The notes beneath the pieces are model-generated. The model worked only from the letters and a program-made list of their open reading frames with translations. It did not search any database and was not told where the DNA came from. A stretch of DNA of 64,000 nt from Octopus sinensis (taxonomy: Eukaryota): assembly GCF_006345805.1 (NCBI RefSeq), contig NC_042997.1:61690001-61754000 (forward strand), read 5' to 3'. Below are positions 62,546-64,000 of the stretch, in pieces. The translations under genes were made by a program, and so were the position numbers. Within the stretch, counting starts at the first letter, position 1. Every line of letters starts with the position of its first letter.

Positions 62546-63322
62546 ATGTCCGATTAGTATACGTGAGGGGATGTCATCGCTCCCATCTCTAGCCTTACGT
62601 GATACATACAGACACAAGATTCTGGGGGGTTAGCCGTCCTCAGCGTGTGTTAATCACCTCTTGCCAATGATGGAAGCTCATTCCCCTCGCAAATTACTAT
62701 ATATTTTTCATGCGACTCACTGTCGCTGATCTCGAAGAAGAGAGCGAATTTGCGAGTGGAATGAGCTTCCATCACTATCTGGTGATCGAGAAACCACCCA
62801 GAAACTCGAGTCTGTATGTATCTCGTAAGGCTAGAGATGGGAGCGATGACTTTCCCTCCCAAATACCAATCGGACACGGAAGGCGGGTCCTTAACCAGCT
62901 GGATGAGATGTATTCCTAGAGCTATAAACATCAGTAGCACTGTCCTGTATATGACATCACACTTAGTTGGCAAATATCTGTTACGGTTCCGTACTGCTAT
63001 TGCTTATATTTCGCTCTAAGATTTAATACAACATTCTCTCTCTTCCACGAGATTGGTGACAGTGAGGCGCTAGAAAAAGATATAATTTGCGAGTGGAATT
63101 AACACACGTGGACGACGGGTAACCACCCAGAAACTAGAGTCCGTGTGTATCACCTAAAGCTAGAGATAGGAGCGATGACCTCCCCTCGAAAATACTAATT
63201 GAACACAGAATATGTGTCGTGAGCCAGCTGGAGGAGATGTGTTCCTCCAGTAGCGCTGTCCTGTATAGGACGCCACACTAAATATGTTACGGTTCCATAC
63301 TGCTATTGTTTATATCTCGCTC
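62546..63322. repeat. Unclassified ~290-bp unit: one inverted partial copy plus two tandem copies
   Basis: 62546-62744 is the reverse complement of the unit 5' part; tandem copies 62746-63016 and 63036-63322 (aatttgcgagtggaa..accacccagaaact..gctagagat.ggagcgatgac..gttacggttcc.tactgctattg). Confidence 0.85.
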
Positions 63323-63325
63323 AGA

Positions 63326-63505
63326 AATATAAACTGAGAATGTGTGTCTGTCTGTCTGTATGTGTGCATCGTTAACACTCGAGAACTACCCAACCGATTT
63401 CATTCAAATTTTGCACATCCTTACCTAAGGTCGATGCAATGTCATAGGCCAAAAACATTTTCAACTTCTTGCCTAATGCAAGCCCGGAGCAATCTCTTAT
63501 CTTTT
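63326..63505 (+). mobile_element. Possible non-autonomous Helitron/Helentron-type 5' fragment
   Basis: tataaactgagaatg + (TGTC)n + ctcgagaactacccaaccgatttcattcaaatttt resembles DINE/HINE-like starts. Confidence 0.4.
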
Positions 63506-63507
63506 AC

Positions 63508-63826
63508 ACTATTTCAGCATGATAATGCACCAATTCACACAGCTAAAGTTGTTAATGATTGGCACAAGGAACATTCTAGTGGCGTTGAACATCTTATCTG
63601 GCCACCACAGATCCCAGATTCCAATATTATTGAACATTTATGGTGCATTAAAAAAAAAATAAGTAAGGAGTCGATATCCTCCACCATCATCACTACAAGA
63701 ACTGGAGAATGTTTTAGCTGAAGAATGAACAAATATTCCTTTGGAAACAATTCAAACTTTGTACGAGGCCATACTACGTAGAATTCAAGCTGTAATTATT
63801 GCCAAAGGCAGTCTTACCCCATATTG
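63508..63826 (+). mobile_element. Tc1 transposase C-terminal remnant
   Basis: FQHDNAPIHTAKVV..WPPQIPDSNIIEHLW..ELENVLAEE*TNIP..RRIQAVIIAKGSLTPY. Confidence 0.88.
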
Positions 63827-63854
63827 CCCAACCCCTATATATATGGATATATAC

Positions 63855-63911
<57 letters not shown>

Positions 63912-63914
<3 letters not shown>

Positions 63915-63980
63915 GTCTCAGGCCGACCAAAGCCTTGTGAGTGAATTTCGTTCACGGAAGCTAAATGAAGACTGTCGTAT
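63912..63980 (+). mobile_element. CORE-like SINE internal fragment
   Basis: ggccgaccaaagccttgtgagtgaatttcg..cggaagctaaatgaag. Confidence 0.7.
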
Positions 63981-64000
63981 ACATGTGTATATTTGTGTGT

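Overview
This is AT-rich eukaryotic repeat DNA. The SINE families and dense microsatellites resemble a coleoid cephalopod, probably Octopus (inference). I found no recognisable host gene, rRNA, true tRNA or CRISPR array, and most ORFs in the track are microsatellite translations or transposon debris. The window is layered transposon material: R4/Dong-type REL LINEs embedded in (TAA)n tracts, a separate REL family abutting (ACAT)n, an RTE LINE, a near full-length Tx1/L1 element in tandem with a truncated copy, two Penelope-like elements (PLEs) plus pseudo-LTR (pLTR) remnants, a truncated Gypsy element, mariner/Tc1/maT/hAT/Chapaev-like DNA transposon remnants, MITEs and many tRNA-derived SINEs. 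The best leads come from manual folding. First, two near-identical ~223-bp direct repeats each carry a complete type I hammerhead ribozyme, with cleavage sites 497 nt apart (retrozyme or mini-PLE architecture). Second, a 621-bp near-perfect fold-back carries a hammerhead on each strand. Third, the RTE element ends in three C2H2 zinc fingers. Fourth, an unexplained ~555-bp repeat occurs four times, each time at a (TAA)n tract near a Dong insertion. All family assignments come from motif recognition, not database searches.
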